A stretch of DNA of 64,000 bases from Candidatus Omnitrophota bacterium (GTDB taxonomy: Bacteria; Omnitrophota; Gorgyraeia; 1-14-0-20-64-10). Of the stretch, positions 55,271 through 64,000 are shown piece by piece. The stretch lies in NCBI GenBank assembly GCA_016177405.1, contig JACOVG010000006.1:10064-74063 (forward strand). The letters are read 5' to 3'. The notes below the pieces were generated by a model. That model was not told where the DNA came from, did no database searches, and saw nothing but the letters and a program-made list of their open reading frames with translations. Made by a program: the position numbers and the translations under genes. How positions within the stretch are numbered: the stretch's first letter is position 1; each line of letters begins with the position of its first letter.

Positions 55271-57595
55271 CTAACGCCTCACCGCAAACAGCAGGAGGAA
55301 AAAGCAGGCTCCCGCTCCGATGGCAAGGAGCGTGAGCCAAGCCGACTCCTTCGCTAAGAAGAGGACCCGGGAGCTTCCCTCCGGAACCTGGAGGACCCAT
55401 CGCAAGCCGGAGGGTTCCAAGGCAAGCGAGGTCTCCTTGCCGCTTACGTCCACCGCGCGAGCCTCCATGTTCCTTAAGTCCAGATGAACCGAGAGCTTCC
55501 CGCCCTTGGAGGCCGGGAGCGTTACCGCCGCGCCGTACGGCGTCTCCCCCAAAGCCAGCGGAGTCGCCAAATCATCCAGAAGATAGGCGACCGGCTTGGC
55601 GGCGGCGTTCTCATACACCGCCGCGTAGGGTCCCTCAAAGACCCGCGTGAACTTTTGAGGATGAAGGCGCTGAAGGTCAAAGCGGCTTATCCAATATCGA
55701 ACGCCGTACTCCTCAAAAATTTCCTCCTCCGGACGGACAATCACACTGCGGTAGTTCAGAATCTGGGCTTCCGGGGTCCCCGGACGCCGCCAAAAGGGGT
55801 TGCCCTGTCTTCTTAATTCGGCATGAACCGGACCGTAAAAGTGAAGAGGCGGCAAGACCCACGCCAGCCCCTGACGCAGGCACGGTTCATTCTTTCGGAG
55901 GTGATAGACCACCCCCTCTTCCCTTTGGGAGGCCAGCGCCCAGAACCCCTGCCAGTTTCCACGCGCCAGCTCCATCTCCCCTGACACCACCACCCCTACC
56001 CGGTACCGATAACCCGGGATTTTCTCCTGGAGGAACCGGAGTTCCGGCGGGGGGGACAGCATCGCCGTGAGCTCCGGCGGCCTCCGGTACCAGCCTGCCC
56101 CATATCCGTAACCAAAGGCCGGGGCGGCGATGGACAGGCTCAAAGCGGCCAGCAGCGCCGCGCGACCCATCGTCCGCGGCGTTCCTGATCTTCTTAAAGC
56201 CAGAAAAGAGAAATAACCCCCCAAGCCAAGAACAATCCCCGCGGCCAAAACCCATGTCCCGTTAAACAAGCTGTGGAAAGCCGTGCCGGATCCGAGCAAT
56301 CCTCGTTGAGAAGCCACGCCGAAGAGCCGATCCTCTCCCAGGAACCACAGCGCGCCTCCCGCGGTCACCGCGAGAACCAGGATCACCCGGTAGAGTCTGT
56401 GCAAAAAACGAATCGTCCTCGTCCGCGTGTCGGCAAACCATGCCAGGTTCACCCCTGCCGCCACCACCCCGCCGCTTAAAAGCGGGAAGACGAAGAGACG
56501 GGAAAATCCCGCGTCCCGAATGAGCACCGAGGGAATCTCGAGGGAACTGACCGCCATCATCAAAAGGCAGTAGCCCGCGGCCCCCGCGGCCAAGATGCGG
56601 CCGGATCCGGCTTGGGACTGCCAAAGCGCCAAGAGGCTGGGCACAAGCAGAAAGGATCCGAAAAGCCAGCTGTTGGGCGGCTGGAAATGATCCATCCAAC
56701 CCAATTTTTCAAAGAGGACCGGAACCGATTCCGGGACCGGAAACCCAAGCCCCAGGAATTGCGGGAGGGAAGACGGGGCAAACCCCCACCCCAGGGGCGT
56801 GAGCGCCTCCCGGGTGGAGAATCCCCAACCCACCGTAAAGAGCATGGGTGCCGCGATCGGCAGCCAGCCTAAGGCGGTCAGGGGCCCCACACGCGTCAGG
56901 AACGGTCGAACGGTTGACGCCCAACGCTCTCTTTGAAGAAAGGCCATCCCAAGGATGCCTCCCAGCAGGTAAGCCTGCGTGGGAATCAGGGCCTGGGACT
57001 GGGTCACGTACGGCTGAAGGGCATTGGCAAGAATGCACCCAACGAGGTGCCGGCGCTTCGCGGTTCTGACCCAAAGCCCGTATTCTCCAAGAGAAACCCC
57101 CAGGAGAACGGACCCCGCTGTCCAGTAGACCTTGGCGGTCCACTCGAGCCAGGAGGTCGCGAAGAAGGCGGTCATCGCCCCCGCGAGCGCGGCGGTCCTC
57201 GAGACCCTCCCCAGTCTGCGGCTGTAGAAGTAGACGACCCCGAAAAGGGCGGCGTGCACCCCAGCGATCAGGATCCCCCAGCCGGTCGGGCTGGCTCCCA
57301 GAGCGATGGAGATGAGCCGGATGAGGTGGAGGGGGTGGTATTTGATGTCGTTACCCCACAGCCTGGTGTCGGTCGCCAAATCAAAGTAATGAAAGAATCG
57401 TCCGCCGGGCCTGGCGTCCCCCATCGAAAAGAGCATGTGGGTTACGGGGTCGCCCTCCGTGCTGGTGACGAAACTTCGGGCCGACAGGAGGATGGGGCCA
57501 TAGAAGACCAGCAGGCACAACGCCAGCACCGCAAGAGGGAGAATGGCCACCGAGGCGCCCTGAGACGCTTGAGGCGAATGGGACGGCTTTGCCAT
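55271..57595 (-). CDS. Large polytopic membrane protein (774 aa), YfhO/GT-C-like putative lipid-carrier-dependent glycosyltransferase
   Basis: ~12+ hydrophobic segments in first ~450 aa followed by ~300-aa soluble C-terminal domain; architecture and genomic pairing with a DPM1-like GT2 (59847..60539) resemble YfhO/CsbB systems. Confidence 0.5.
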   Translation of the reverse strand: MAKPSHSPQASQGASVAILPLAVLALCLLVFYGPILLSARSFVTSTEGDPVTHMLFSMGDARPGGRFFHYFDLATDTRLWGNDIKYHPLHLIRLISIALGASPTGWGILIAGVHAALFGVVYFYSRRLGRVSRTAALAGAMTAFFATSWLEWTAKVYWTAGSVLLGVSLGEYGLWVRTAKRRHLVGCILANALQPYVTQSQALIPTQAYLLGGILGMAFLQRERWASTVRPFLTRVGPLTALGWLPIAAPMLFTVGWGFSTREALTPLGWGFAPSSLPQFLGLGFPVPESVPVLFEKLGWMDHFQPPNSWLFGSFLLVPSLLALWQSQAGSGRILAAGAAGYCLLMMAVSSLEIPSVLIRDAGFSRLFVFPLLSGGVVAAGVNLAWFADTRTRTIRFLHRLYRVILVLAVTAGGALWFLGEDRLFGVASQRGLLGSGTAFHSLFNGTWVLAAGIVLGLGGYFSFLALRRSGTPRTMGRAALLAALSLSIAAPAFGYGYGAGWYRRPPELTAMLSPPPELRFLQEKIPGYRYRVGVVVSGEMELARGNWQGFWALASQREEGVVYHLRKNEPCLRQGLAWVLPPLHFYGPVHAELRRQGNPFWRRPGTPEAQILNYRSVIVRPEEEIFEEYGVRYWISRFDLQRLHPQKFTRVFEGPYAAVYENAAAKPVAYLLDDLATPLALGETPYGAAVTLPASKGGKLSVHLDLRNMEARAVDVSGKETSLALEPSGLRWVLQVPEGSSRVLFLAKESAWLTLLAIGAGACFFLLLFAVRR

Positions 57596-57609
57596 GGAGA
57601 AACCTGCCG

Positions 57610-58440
57610 CTACGGCCGGGAAGCGGCAGGCGGACCCGGAACGGGAATGACCCTAGAGAGAACGAGATCGACCAGCCTTGGAAAAACCCCATGAATCCGA
57701 ACGAGCACCTCGGAGGGGGTCCATTGGATCACCGTGCGGGATCTGCGCTCGATTCCCCGAATGATCTTCTTGGCGATCCTGGCAGGGTCTTGCCTTTTCA
57801 CGGTTTGATCAAAACCGACCTTGAGGTTCCCGTGCCGGGTGGTGGTTTGGTACAGATTGGACTCCGTGGGGCCCGGTGATACCATCATCACGTTGATGCC
57901 GAAGGGGGCCAGCTCCAGCCGGAGGCCCTCGGTGAGGGCGTTCAAGGCGAACTTCGTGACGCAGTAGCTGACCTTCCCCGGGAAGGCCCTTCGGCCCATC
58001 GTGGTGGAGAGGTTCACGATCTGGCCGTCCCCGGCGCGCTTCATCCCGGGGATGAGCGTCTGGATCAGAGCCAGCGGCCCATAAAAGTTCACGTCGTGGC
58101 AGGCCTTGAAGTCCTCCAGGGGAACGTCCTCCACCAGACCCTCGACCCCCCGGGCGGCCGAATTGATCAGCACATCGACCGCTGCCAGCTCCTGCTGGAT
58201 GCGTTGGGCCGTCTGGCGCGTTTGGCCGGCATCGGCCAAATCGCAGACGTAGGTCCTGGCGCTGCCTCCCATCCCTTGAATCTCCTGGCCTATTCGCGAC
58301 AGGCCCTGGGCATCCTTATCCAGCAGGGCCAGCCTCGCTCCTTCCCGCGCGGCCTCGTGGCTTAGGGCCCTGCCGATCCCGGAGGCCGCGCCGGTGATCA
58401 GAACCACCCTGCCCTTAAGCGGGTACAGAGGTTTTCTCAT
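57610..58440 (-). CDS. SDR-family oxidoreductase
   Basis: GRVVLITGAASGIGRAL; NSAA; YCVTK. Confidence 0.8.
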   Translation of the reverse strand: MRKPLYPLKGRVVLITGAASGIGRALSHEAAREGARLALLDKDAQGLSRIGQEIQGMGGSARTYVCDLADAGQTRQTAQRIQQELAAVDVLINSAARGVEGLVEDVPLEDFKACHDVNFYGPLALIQTLIPGMKRAGDGQIVNLSTTMGRRAFPGKVSYCVTKFALNALTEGLRLELAPFGINVMMVSPGPTESNLYQTTTRHGNLKVGFDQTVKRQDPARIAKKIIRGIERRSRTVIQWTPSEVLVRIHGVFPRLVDLVLSRVIPVPGPPAASRP

Positions 58441-59797
58441 GGCGCGAGTCCACGGGGTGAGCCCCGGGTGCCGGCGAAGGGTGAAGCTCGAAGTAGCGGT
58501 TGACCACCTCCGCGATGTATTCCATTTGCCTCAACGAAAAAGAGTTGTGGATGGGCAGGAAAACCGTGTTTTGCTTGATCCGCCGGGCGCCCGGAGTGGA
58601 GGCGGCATAGGCGGCAAAGGCCGGTTCCTCGGAGCAGAGGGCCAAGGCATAGCCCCCGTTGTCAATGCCGGCCAGCAAGAGGAACATCTGGAATTGTCCG
58701 GGCTCCTCCGGAACGACCAGCGGGTAATGCCAATAGACGTTTCGATTCGCTCCCTCATCGACGGAGGAGGGGACCCACCGGCGCGCCTGGCGGCTCAACC
58801 GCGCCGTGAGATGGTGCGCCAACCTTCGGCGCTCGTCGGTCAGCGCCCTGCTTCTCTTCAGTACCCGAAGAAGGAGATCGCTTTGCAGATCGCACAGGTA
58901 CGTGAAGGCCGCCGGCGGCATTTCGCTTCGGAGGATACGGGGGTTGGCCTCAAACGGGAGAATTTCGGCGGCTCCCTTGCGGGGATCGCGCTTGGCCTCC
59001 TGAAGCGCGTTGATCATCGCGGGCTTGCCCCGGCAGACCGCCAAGACCGCGTGGTACGTCAACAGCGAGAAGACGGTTCGATGGGTCGCCAGATTGAACT
59101 TCAGGTTGGCCAAGATCTGACCCAGGAGAAAGCCCTTATCGGGCCGGGTGAGAAGCCCCTGGGCCAGGGAGCGGATCTCCGCGGCCATCCGGTCATCGTT
59201 GGTCAGCACGACCCCTCCCGCCAGCGACGCGAGGGTTTTTCCGATGGAAAAGCTTCCCACCGCGGCCGCCCCAAGCGTTCCGAGAAGCTGGCCCCCGGCG
59301 CGCGCGTCCCAGTTCTGCGAGATGTCCTCCACAAGAGCCAGACCTGCCCGGCGAGCCTCTTCGGCGATTGCCTTAAGATCCTGCGGGACCAATCCCGCCA
59401 GATGGGTGACCAGGAGGACGCGGCTTCTGGGGGTGATCTTCCGCTTAAGGTCCTCCAGATCGATGTTTTGGGCCTCTGGGGAGAGATCGACAAAGACCGG
59501 CTTAAGCCCGAGGGTGTGGATGGCGTTGACCATGTCCGGAATGGTGAGAGGGGTCATGAGGACCTCGTCCCCCTCCCGAAGCTTCAGGACCTTTAAGACC
59601 AGATGGAAGGCGAGGCGGCAGCTCGAAACCGTCTGCGCGTGCCTAAACCCGCAATGCGCGGCCAGTTCCGCTTCGGCCCGCCCTGTTTTCTCCCCGCGCC
59701 CAAGGCGGCTGAAGGGCAGCAACGCCAGGGCCCTCAACAATCCGAAGGTCGGCAGATACAGCCTGGCGCGCGGGATCTTGACGAATGGAACGCTCAT
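58415..59797 (-). CDS. DegT/DnrJ/EryC1/StrS-family aminotransferase (long form)
   Basis: ALVEDISQNWDA...GAAAVGSFSIGKTLASLAGGVVLT (PLP-Lys). Confidence 0.75.
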   Translation of the reverse strand: MSVPFVKIPRARLYLPTFGLLRALALLPFSRLGRGEKTGRAEAELAAHCGFRHAQTVSSCRLAFHLVLKVLKLREGDEVLMTPLTIPDMVNAIHTLGLKPVFVDLSPEAQNIDLEDLKRKITPRSRVLLVTHLAGLVPQDLKAIAEEARRAGLALVEDISQNWDARAGGQLLGTLGAAAVGSFSIGKTLASLAGGVVLTNDDRMAAEIRSLAQGLLTRPDKGFLLGQILANLKFNLATHRTVFSLLTYHAVLAVCRGKPAMINALQEAKRDPRKGAAEILPFEANPRILRSEMPPAAFTYLCDLQSDLLLRVLKRSRALTDERRRLAHHLTARLSRQARRWVPSSVDEGANRNVYWHYPLVVPEEPGQFQMFLLLAGIDNGGYALALCSEEPAFAAYAASTPGARRIKQNTVFLPIHNSFSLRQMEYIAEVVNRYFELHPSPAPGAHPVDSRHEKTSVPA

Positions 59798-59846
59798 CGT
59801 AAACCTTTATTGTACCACCAGCGCTTGCCGGCGCAGATCCCAAATG

Positions 59847-60539
59847 TTACCTTTCAAGGACCAACACCCTAAGGTGAGTGAAGGCGTACTTGAGAAGCTT
59901 CCACCCCGAAAGCTTCCGGGCGTTGCGTTCTGGGGGCCACCGAAGAATGGCGGGCAGATCCAAGGAACGGAAACCGCGCGCGTAGGCCTTCACCAGGATC
60001 TCCAAATGAATCTCCTTGTCGTCGGATCTCAAGTTCAGGGTTTCCAGAACCTCTCGCCGGTACGCTCGGGTCATCCCTGAAACCGCCGTGGTCTTACGAC
60101 CCACGGCCGCGCTCAAGGAGCGGTTGGCCAAACGGCTCAACAGCCTCCGGCCCCAAGGAACCCCCTCCATCCGGCCGCCGGCCATATGAACCGAGGCGAT
60201 GGCGATGCCGGTCTCACCCGTGCGGACCGACTGGAAGAGTGACCTCAAGATATCGGTCCCCCAGGTCAGATCCGCTTCGGTCGAGACGATGGTTTGGCCC
60301 CTGGCGGCGGAAAACCCCTGACGCAGGGCGTACCCCCTGCCCCGATTGGGGTGATGGCTCAACAGCCGGACCTCCGGGTAATCCTTTGAGACGGCAGAAA
60401 CCAGAGCGGCCGTGCCATCGCTGCTCCCATCATCAATGGCGATCAGCTCCCAGGCGCAGCCCCAAGCCTTCAGCGACTGGATCAGCCGGCGGAGGTTCTC
60501 CCGAATGGCCGGTGCCTCGTTGTACATCGGCACCACCAC
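59847..60539 (-). CDS. GT2 polyprenyl-phosphate sugar synthase (DPM1/CsbB-like)
   Basis: GTG cluster at 60533-60539 (VVVPMYNEAPAIRENL) 8 nt after upstream stop; IAIDDGSSDGT; short DPM1-like GT2. Confidence 0.7.
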   Translation of the reverse strand: MVVPMYNEAPAIRENLRRLIQSLKAWGCAWELIAIDDGSSDGTAALVSAVSKDYPEVRLLSHHPNRGRGYALRQGFSAARGQTIVSTEADLTWGTDILRSLFQSVRTGETGIAIASVHMAGGRMEGVPWGRRLLSRLANRSLSAAVGRKTTAVSGMTRAYRREVLETLNLRSDDKEIHLEILVKAYARGFRSLDLPAILRWPPERNARKLSGWKLLKYAFTHLRVLVLER

Positions 60540-60546
60540 GGACAGT

Positions 60547-61671
60547 TCAGGCGGGAAGGGAGGGCTGGACGTGGCAGGATTCCTGCAGGAGGTGCTGGAC
60601 AATCCGGGAAGCGGCTTGGCCGTCCCAAAGGGGCGGCGGGCTTCCCCGGAAAGAGGAGCCCCCAAGCTCCAAGGCCTCCCGGCAGGCGAGCCGGATGGCC
60701 TCTGGGGAAGTTCCGGCCAGGCGGTTGGTTCCCAGGCGGAGGGTCACCGGCCGCTCGGTGGTTTCCCGAACCGTCACGCAGGGGATCCCCAAATAGGTGG
60801 TTTCCTCTTGGACCCCTCCGGAATCGGTGACCACGAGAGCCGCCTCCCGCATCGCCTTCAAGAAATCGAGGTAGCCCAACGGTTCGGTTCGAAGAATCCC
60901 GGACAAAGGGCCGGCCTGGAGCGCCGTTGCCAGCAGCGCCAAGGATCGATCCGTCCTGGGGTGAACCGGAAAGAGGACCGGCATCCGGGTCCGGAGCCCA
61001 TCCAGGGCTCCCAAGATCCTGGAGAGGGTCCCGGGGTCGTCGACGTTCTCGGGCCGATGCAGGGTCAGCAGGGCGTAGGACTTGGGCCGAAGGTTCAGCC
61101 CGCACGGTCCCTGGGCGCGGTCCAGCCGGTCAAGTCCCCAAATCAGAGAGTCGATCATCACATTGCCCACCTGGCGGATCCGTTCCTCCGGGACCCCTTC
61201 CCGGCGGAGATTCTCGTCCGCTTCGTCCGAGTGGGTGAACAGCAGCCTCGAGAGACGGTCGGTCTCGATTCGATTGATCTCCTCCGGCATCCGCCGGTCA
61301 AAGGAGCGCAGGCCCGCTTCCACGTGAGCCACGGGTATCCCACGCTTGCTGCAAGCCAAGGCGCAGGCCAAGGTGGAATTGACATCCCCCACCACAATCA
61401 CCCAGGCCGGCTCTTCCTGCTCGAGAACTCGCCCAAACCCCTCGAGGATTCCGGCCATCTGCCGGTCGCGCGGCCCGGAACCGACCCCCAGGTTGATCAC
61501 AGCCGGCGGCACCTCCAAGTCCTTGAAAAGGCGCTCCGACATCTGGAGGTCGTAGTGCTGGCCCGTGTGGACCAGCCGGTGAGAAACGCCGGGGGCGTCC
61601 TTCAGCACCCTCGCAAGCGGCGCCACCTTCATCACGTTGGGCCGCGCCCCGACCACCGAGATGATTTTCAT
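60547..61671 (-). CDS. UDP-N-acetylglucosamine 2-epimerase family (WecB non-hydrolysing / NeuC hydrolysing)
   Basis: ATG 61671 (MKIISVVGARPNVMKVAPL); HTGQHYD and HVEAGLRS signature motifs. Confidence 0.85.
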   Translation of the reverse strand: MKIISVVGARPNVMKVAPLARVLKDAPGVSHRLVHTGQHYDLQMSERLFKDLEVPPAVINLGVGSGPRDRQMAGILEGFGRVLEQEEPAWVIVVGDVNSTLACALACSKRGIPVAHVEAGLRSFDRRMPEEINRIETDRLSRLLFTHSDEADENLRREGVPEERIRQVGNVMIDSLIWGLDRLDRAQGPCGLNLRPKSYALLTLHRPENVDDPGTLSRILGALDGLRTRMPVLFPVHPRTDRSLALLATALQAGPLSGILRTEPLGYLDFLKAMREAALVVTDSGGVQEETTYLGIPCVTVRETTERPVTLRLGTNRLAGTSPEAIRLACREALELGGSSFRGSPPPLWDGQAASRIVQHLLQESCHVQPSLPA

Positions 61672-61690
61672 AGGGACGGGCACCTTGGCA

Positions 61691-63211
61691 TCAATGAAAA
61701 ACGGGCTCGGCAAGGTTTTGGCGGACTTCGAACGTCAGGCGGGGTTTTTCGGGCAAAGGGATCTTGGGGTTCAGGACGGTGGACAGGTCGAATTGAAGCC
61801 ACTTCTCCCATTCGGCGCTGTGGCCGCTCCGGCGCAGCCGCTCAAAAAAGAAAAAGGCAAATGCGGCCGCCAGATCCCGCAGCATGGCGAGGTTGCGCAA
61901 TCTCTTGAGCTGTTTCACAATCGCGCGCGGCCTGGAGTAGAACTTCCAGAAGGCGAACCTCTCGAAGCGGTTGACCTCTTCGGCGCTTAAGTGGTTGAGC
62001 CGGAAAACCACTTCGTTTTGTCCGTAGCGGCTGTACTCCTCGTGCAGCAGCCGCCCCTCCGACTTGAACTGCTCGAAGATCACCGTGCCCGGGTAAGGGG
62101 TCATGACCGACAATTGGAAGAAATCCAGATCCAGATCTATGGCAAATTGCAGGGACTCCCGCAGGGTGTCTTTCGTCTCATTGACATGTCCGATGATGAA
62201 GGAGCCCCGCACCTCCAGGCGGTTCCGGTGGGCCACCTCCACCACGCGCTGGTAGACCTCGTGCTTGATCGGTTTTCCGATGGCCGCCATCAGGGTCTTG
62301 CTGCCCGATTCGATGCCGATCATCACCTGGTGGCAGCCGGCCGCGGCCAACGCCTTCGCCATCTCCTCATTGAACATGTCGCCCCGCACGCAGCAGATCC
62401 AGCTTAGGTCGATCTTTTCCTCCGCCATGCGGCGGCACAGATCCAGAACCGCGCGCCGGTTGACCGTGAAGGTGTCGTCGTAGAAATAGATCTGCCGGAT
62501 GCCGTATTCGGCGCGCAGGCACTTTAAAAGCTCGATCATCTTCTCGACGCTCCGTGAGCGCAGGGTGGTGTTGGCGGAGTTGCAGAAGGTGCATTTGCCC
62601 GGGCAGCCCCGCGTCATGAGGACATTCATCGCCGGCAGGTCCCGGTAGCTGGAGACCGGCGGAAAGTAATCGTCGAAATCCACCAGATGATAGGCGGGCA
62701 GAGGGTAGCGGTCCAGATCCATCTCTATCTTGCGCGGTGGATTGTGGACCACTTGGTCTCCCACGCGGTAGCTCAAGCCTTCGATCTTCTCCCGGGCGGT
62801 CCCCCGCGCGAGCTCGGTCATCAGCATCTCCCCGTCGCCCCGGCCCACCGCGTCGATGGAGGGGTTGCGAAGCATCTCTTCGGGATGGGCCTCGGCGTGA
62901 ACCCCTCCTGTCACAACGGTCACGTCGGGAACCTCTTCCTTACAGATGGCGGCGATGTAGTTGGCCGGCACGTAATGGGGGCTTAGGACCGTGATCCCGA
63001 CCAAGCGTGGGCGCAGCCGCCGGACAATGGCGCGGAAACCACCGGGGCCCATCTCGCGGGCGTGGCAATCCACCACGTGCACCTCGAAGCCCTGCGCCTC
63101 CAGGCAGGAGGCCATCGACAATATCCCCAACGGGGGGAGCATCTTCTTGAGCTTCGAGCGGAAGCTGTAGGTGACCCACGGCGGATAGACGAGCAAGACG
63201 TCCGCCCTCAC
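61691..63211 (-). CDS. Cobalamin (B12)-binding domain radical SAM enzyme (class B)
   Basis: CPGKCTFC radical SAM motif; B12-binding N-terminal domain (VLLVYPPWV...LGILSMASCLEAQGFEVHVVD); probable GTG start 63211 with GGGAG SD 9 nt upstream (ATG 63334 alternative would overlap HAD gene by 85 nt). Confidence 0.8.
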   Translation of the reverse strand: MRADVLLVYPPWVTYSFRSKLKKMLPPLGILSMASCLEAQGFEVHVVDCHAREMGPGGFRAIVRRLRPRLVGITVLSPHYVPANYIAAICKEEVPDVTVVTGGVHAEAHPEEMLRNPSIDAVGRGDGEMLMTELARGTAREKIEGLSYRVGDQVVHNPPRKIEMDLDRYPLPAYHLVDFDDYFPPVSSYRDLPAMNVLMTRGCPGKCTFCNSANTTLRSRSVEKMIELLKCLRAEYGIRQIYFYDDTFTVNRRAVLDLCRRMAEEKIDLSWICCVRGDMFNEEMAKALAAAGCHQVMIGIESGSKTLMAAIGKPIKHEVYQRVVEVAHRNRLEVRGSFIIGHVNETKDTLRESLQFAIDLDLDFFQLSVMTPYPGTVIFEQFKSEGRLLHEEYSRYGQNEVVFRLNHLSAEEVNRFERFAFWKFYSRPRAIVKQLKRLRNLAMLRDLAAAFAFFFFERLRRSGHSAEWEKWLQFDLSTVLNPKIPLPEKPRLTFEVRQNLAEPVFH

Positions 63212-63249
63212 TTTTTTCGGCTCCCAGGTGATAACGTTCTTCCGGAAAC

Positions 63250-63891
63250 TTATCGGGATGCCCCCCTGAAATCCCGGATGACCGGAAAGGAACCGTTCCT
63301 TAAGCCGCGGCAATGAACCCCAATGAAGCGGCATCCGGCCTTGTGGGCGGCCCGGGCGTCCTCCGGAGTGTCACCAAAAAAAAGGATTTGGGATGGTTTG
63401 AGATTCTTCTTCATACATAACTTGTTTATCCACAATGATTTATCAACAGGCGCGCCGCGTACCATCTGGAAGAATGGCCGCCAGCCGCGCGCAGACAGAA
63501 TCTTAAGCAGGATGGGGTGGGGGGTCGCCGAAAGCAGGGCGGTCAGATGCGTCGGGTAAACGGCGGCCAAGAAGGCTGAAGCCCCGGGAATCTCCGGAGC
63601 CTGAATGATGGGCTGGGTCGTTGCCTCCTCAAAACGCTTCAAGAGGTCTTTCCTTACGCCCGCGGTGTACGGCCGCTTAAGAATAGAGCGATACACATGG
63701 CGGAATTTCTCCCACCGGGGCGTGTGCGGATAACCGTTGCAGTAGTTGAGAATCTCCTTCAAGTGCTTGGCCTCATCCAAAAAGCAGGTCTTAAACGCCC
63801 GCCTCTTGATCGGATTGGAATCCACCAGCGTCCCGTCAAAGTCGAAGACCAAAGCCTTGGCTTTTTTAAGCCAGGCCCGCAAGTCAAGCAC
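63250..63891 (-). CDS. HAD-superfamily hydrolase (phosphatase)
   Basis: ALVFDFDGTLVDS (DxDGT motif I), LFFGDTPEDARAA (motif IV GDxxxD); GTG start 63891. Confidence 0.7.
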   Translation of the reverse strand: MLDLRAWLKKAKALVFDFDGTLVDSNPIKRRAFKTCFLDEAKHLKEILNYCNGYPHTPRWEKFRHVYRSILKRPYTAGVRKDLLKRFEEATTQPIIQAPEIPGASAFLAAVYPTHLTALLSATPHPILLKILSARGWRPFFQMVRGAPVDKSLWINKLCMKKNLKPSQILFFGDTPEDARAAHKAGCRFIGVHCRGLRNGSFPVIRDFRGASR

Positions 63892-64000
63892 CTCTTCTGG
63901 CGGCAGGCAGAGGCGCTTGGGGCGCGAACAGCCGGATCAGGGCACGCATCCTTTCGCCCCATTTCCAAAGCAGGAAAACGTCGGAAGCCAGCACCAAGAA
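63884..64000 (-). CDS. 3' fragment of an upstream CDS extending beyond window (unknown product)
   Basis: Minus-strand open frame ...FLVLASDVFLLWKWGERMRALIRLFAPQAPLPAARRGA* ending with TGA at 63884-63886, overlapping HAD start; no identification possible. Confidence 0.25.
   Translation of the reverse strand, partial: FLVLASDVFLLWKWGERMRALIRLFAPQAPLPAARRGA

Noticed and set aside
58394-59596. Plus-strand 400-aa ORF
   Set aside because: Antisense to the DegT aminotransferase (PLP-Lys motif present on minus strand).
60412-61908. Plus-strand 498-aa ORF
   Set aside because: Antisense to GT2 and WecB/NeuC-family epimerase genes that carry canonical motifs (HTGQHYD, HVEAGLRS).
63759-63968. 69-aa minus-strand ORF overlapping HAD gene start
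   Set aside because: Out-of-frame overlap with the HAD gene and the 3' fragment of the upstream gene; no support.
1-64000. Mobile elements, CRISPR arrays, tRNA/rRNA genes
   Set aside because: No transposase/integrase-like ORFs, no regularly spaced direct repeats, and no non-coding gaps large enough for structured RNA genes were seen; virtually all sequence is accounted for by minus-strand CDSs.

Overview
This 64-kb high-GC (~65%) window is almost wall-to-wall coding and nearly every real gene is on the minus strand. About 60 co-directional CDSs are packed with overlapping or near-abutting junctions (many ATGA/TAATG-type start/stop overlaps). The only sizeable intergenic gap is 30883..30974. 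The content is one giant glycan biosynthesis and modification super-locus. It holds four sugar-nucleotidyltransferases (RfbF-, NeuA-, KdsB- and SpsF-like) and a CDP-hexose 4,6-dehydratase/ketoisomerase/C-methyltransferase branch. A nonulosonic-acid module has a NeuB-family synthase, NeuA-like and a WecB/NeuC-family 2-epimerase. A 2,3-diamino-sugar-like module has Gfo/Idh/MocA, DegT, GNAT and a PP-loop N-acetyl-sugar amidotransferase. An N-formyl amino-sugar module has a PIG-L deacetylase, a formyltransferase, DegT and an epimerase/dehydratase. There is also an AsnB-family amidotransferase, many GT2/GT4/GT-C glycosyltransferases including two domain fusions, and an MsbA/PglK-type ABC exporter. 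About ten SAM methyltransferase-like genes and three radical SAM enzymes (two cobalamin-binding class B, one SPASM) are present. The most unusual elements are a full-length CmoA (carboxy-SAM synthase) homolog sitting between non-canonical methyltransferase-like genes, and an amidase-signature (GatA-like) enzyme fused into the operon with a PP-loop sugar amidotransferase. No rRNA, tRNA, CRISPR or mobile elements were seen. The long plus-strand ORFs are antisense artefacts of the high GC content. The ORF track treats GTG/TTG as M, and starts were re-inspected where possible. All family calls rest on motif recognition by eye, not on searches.
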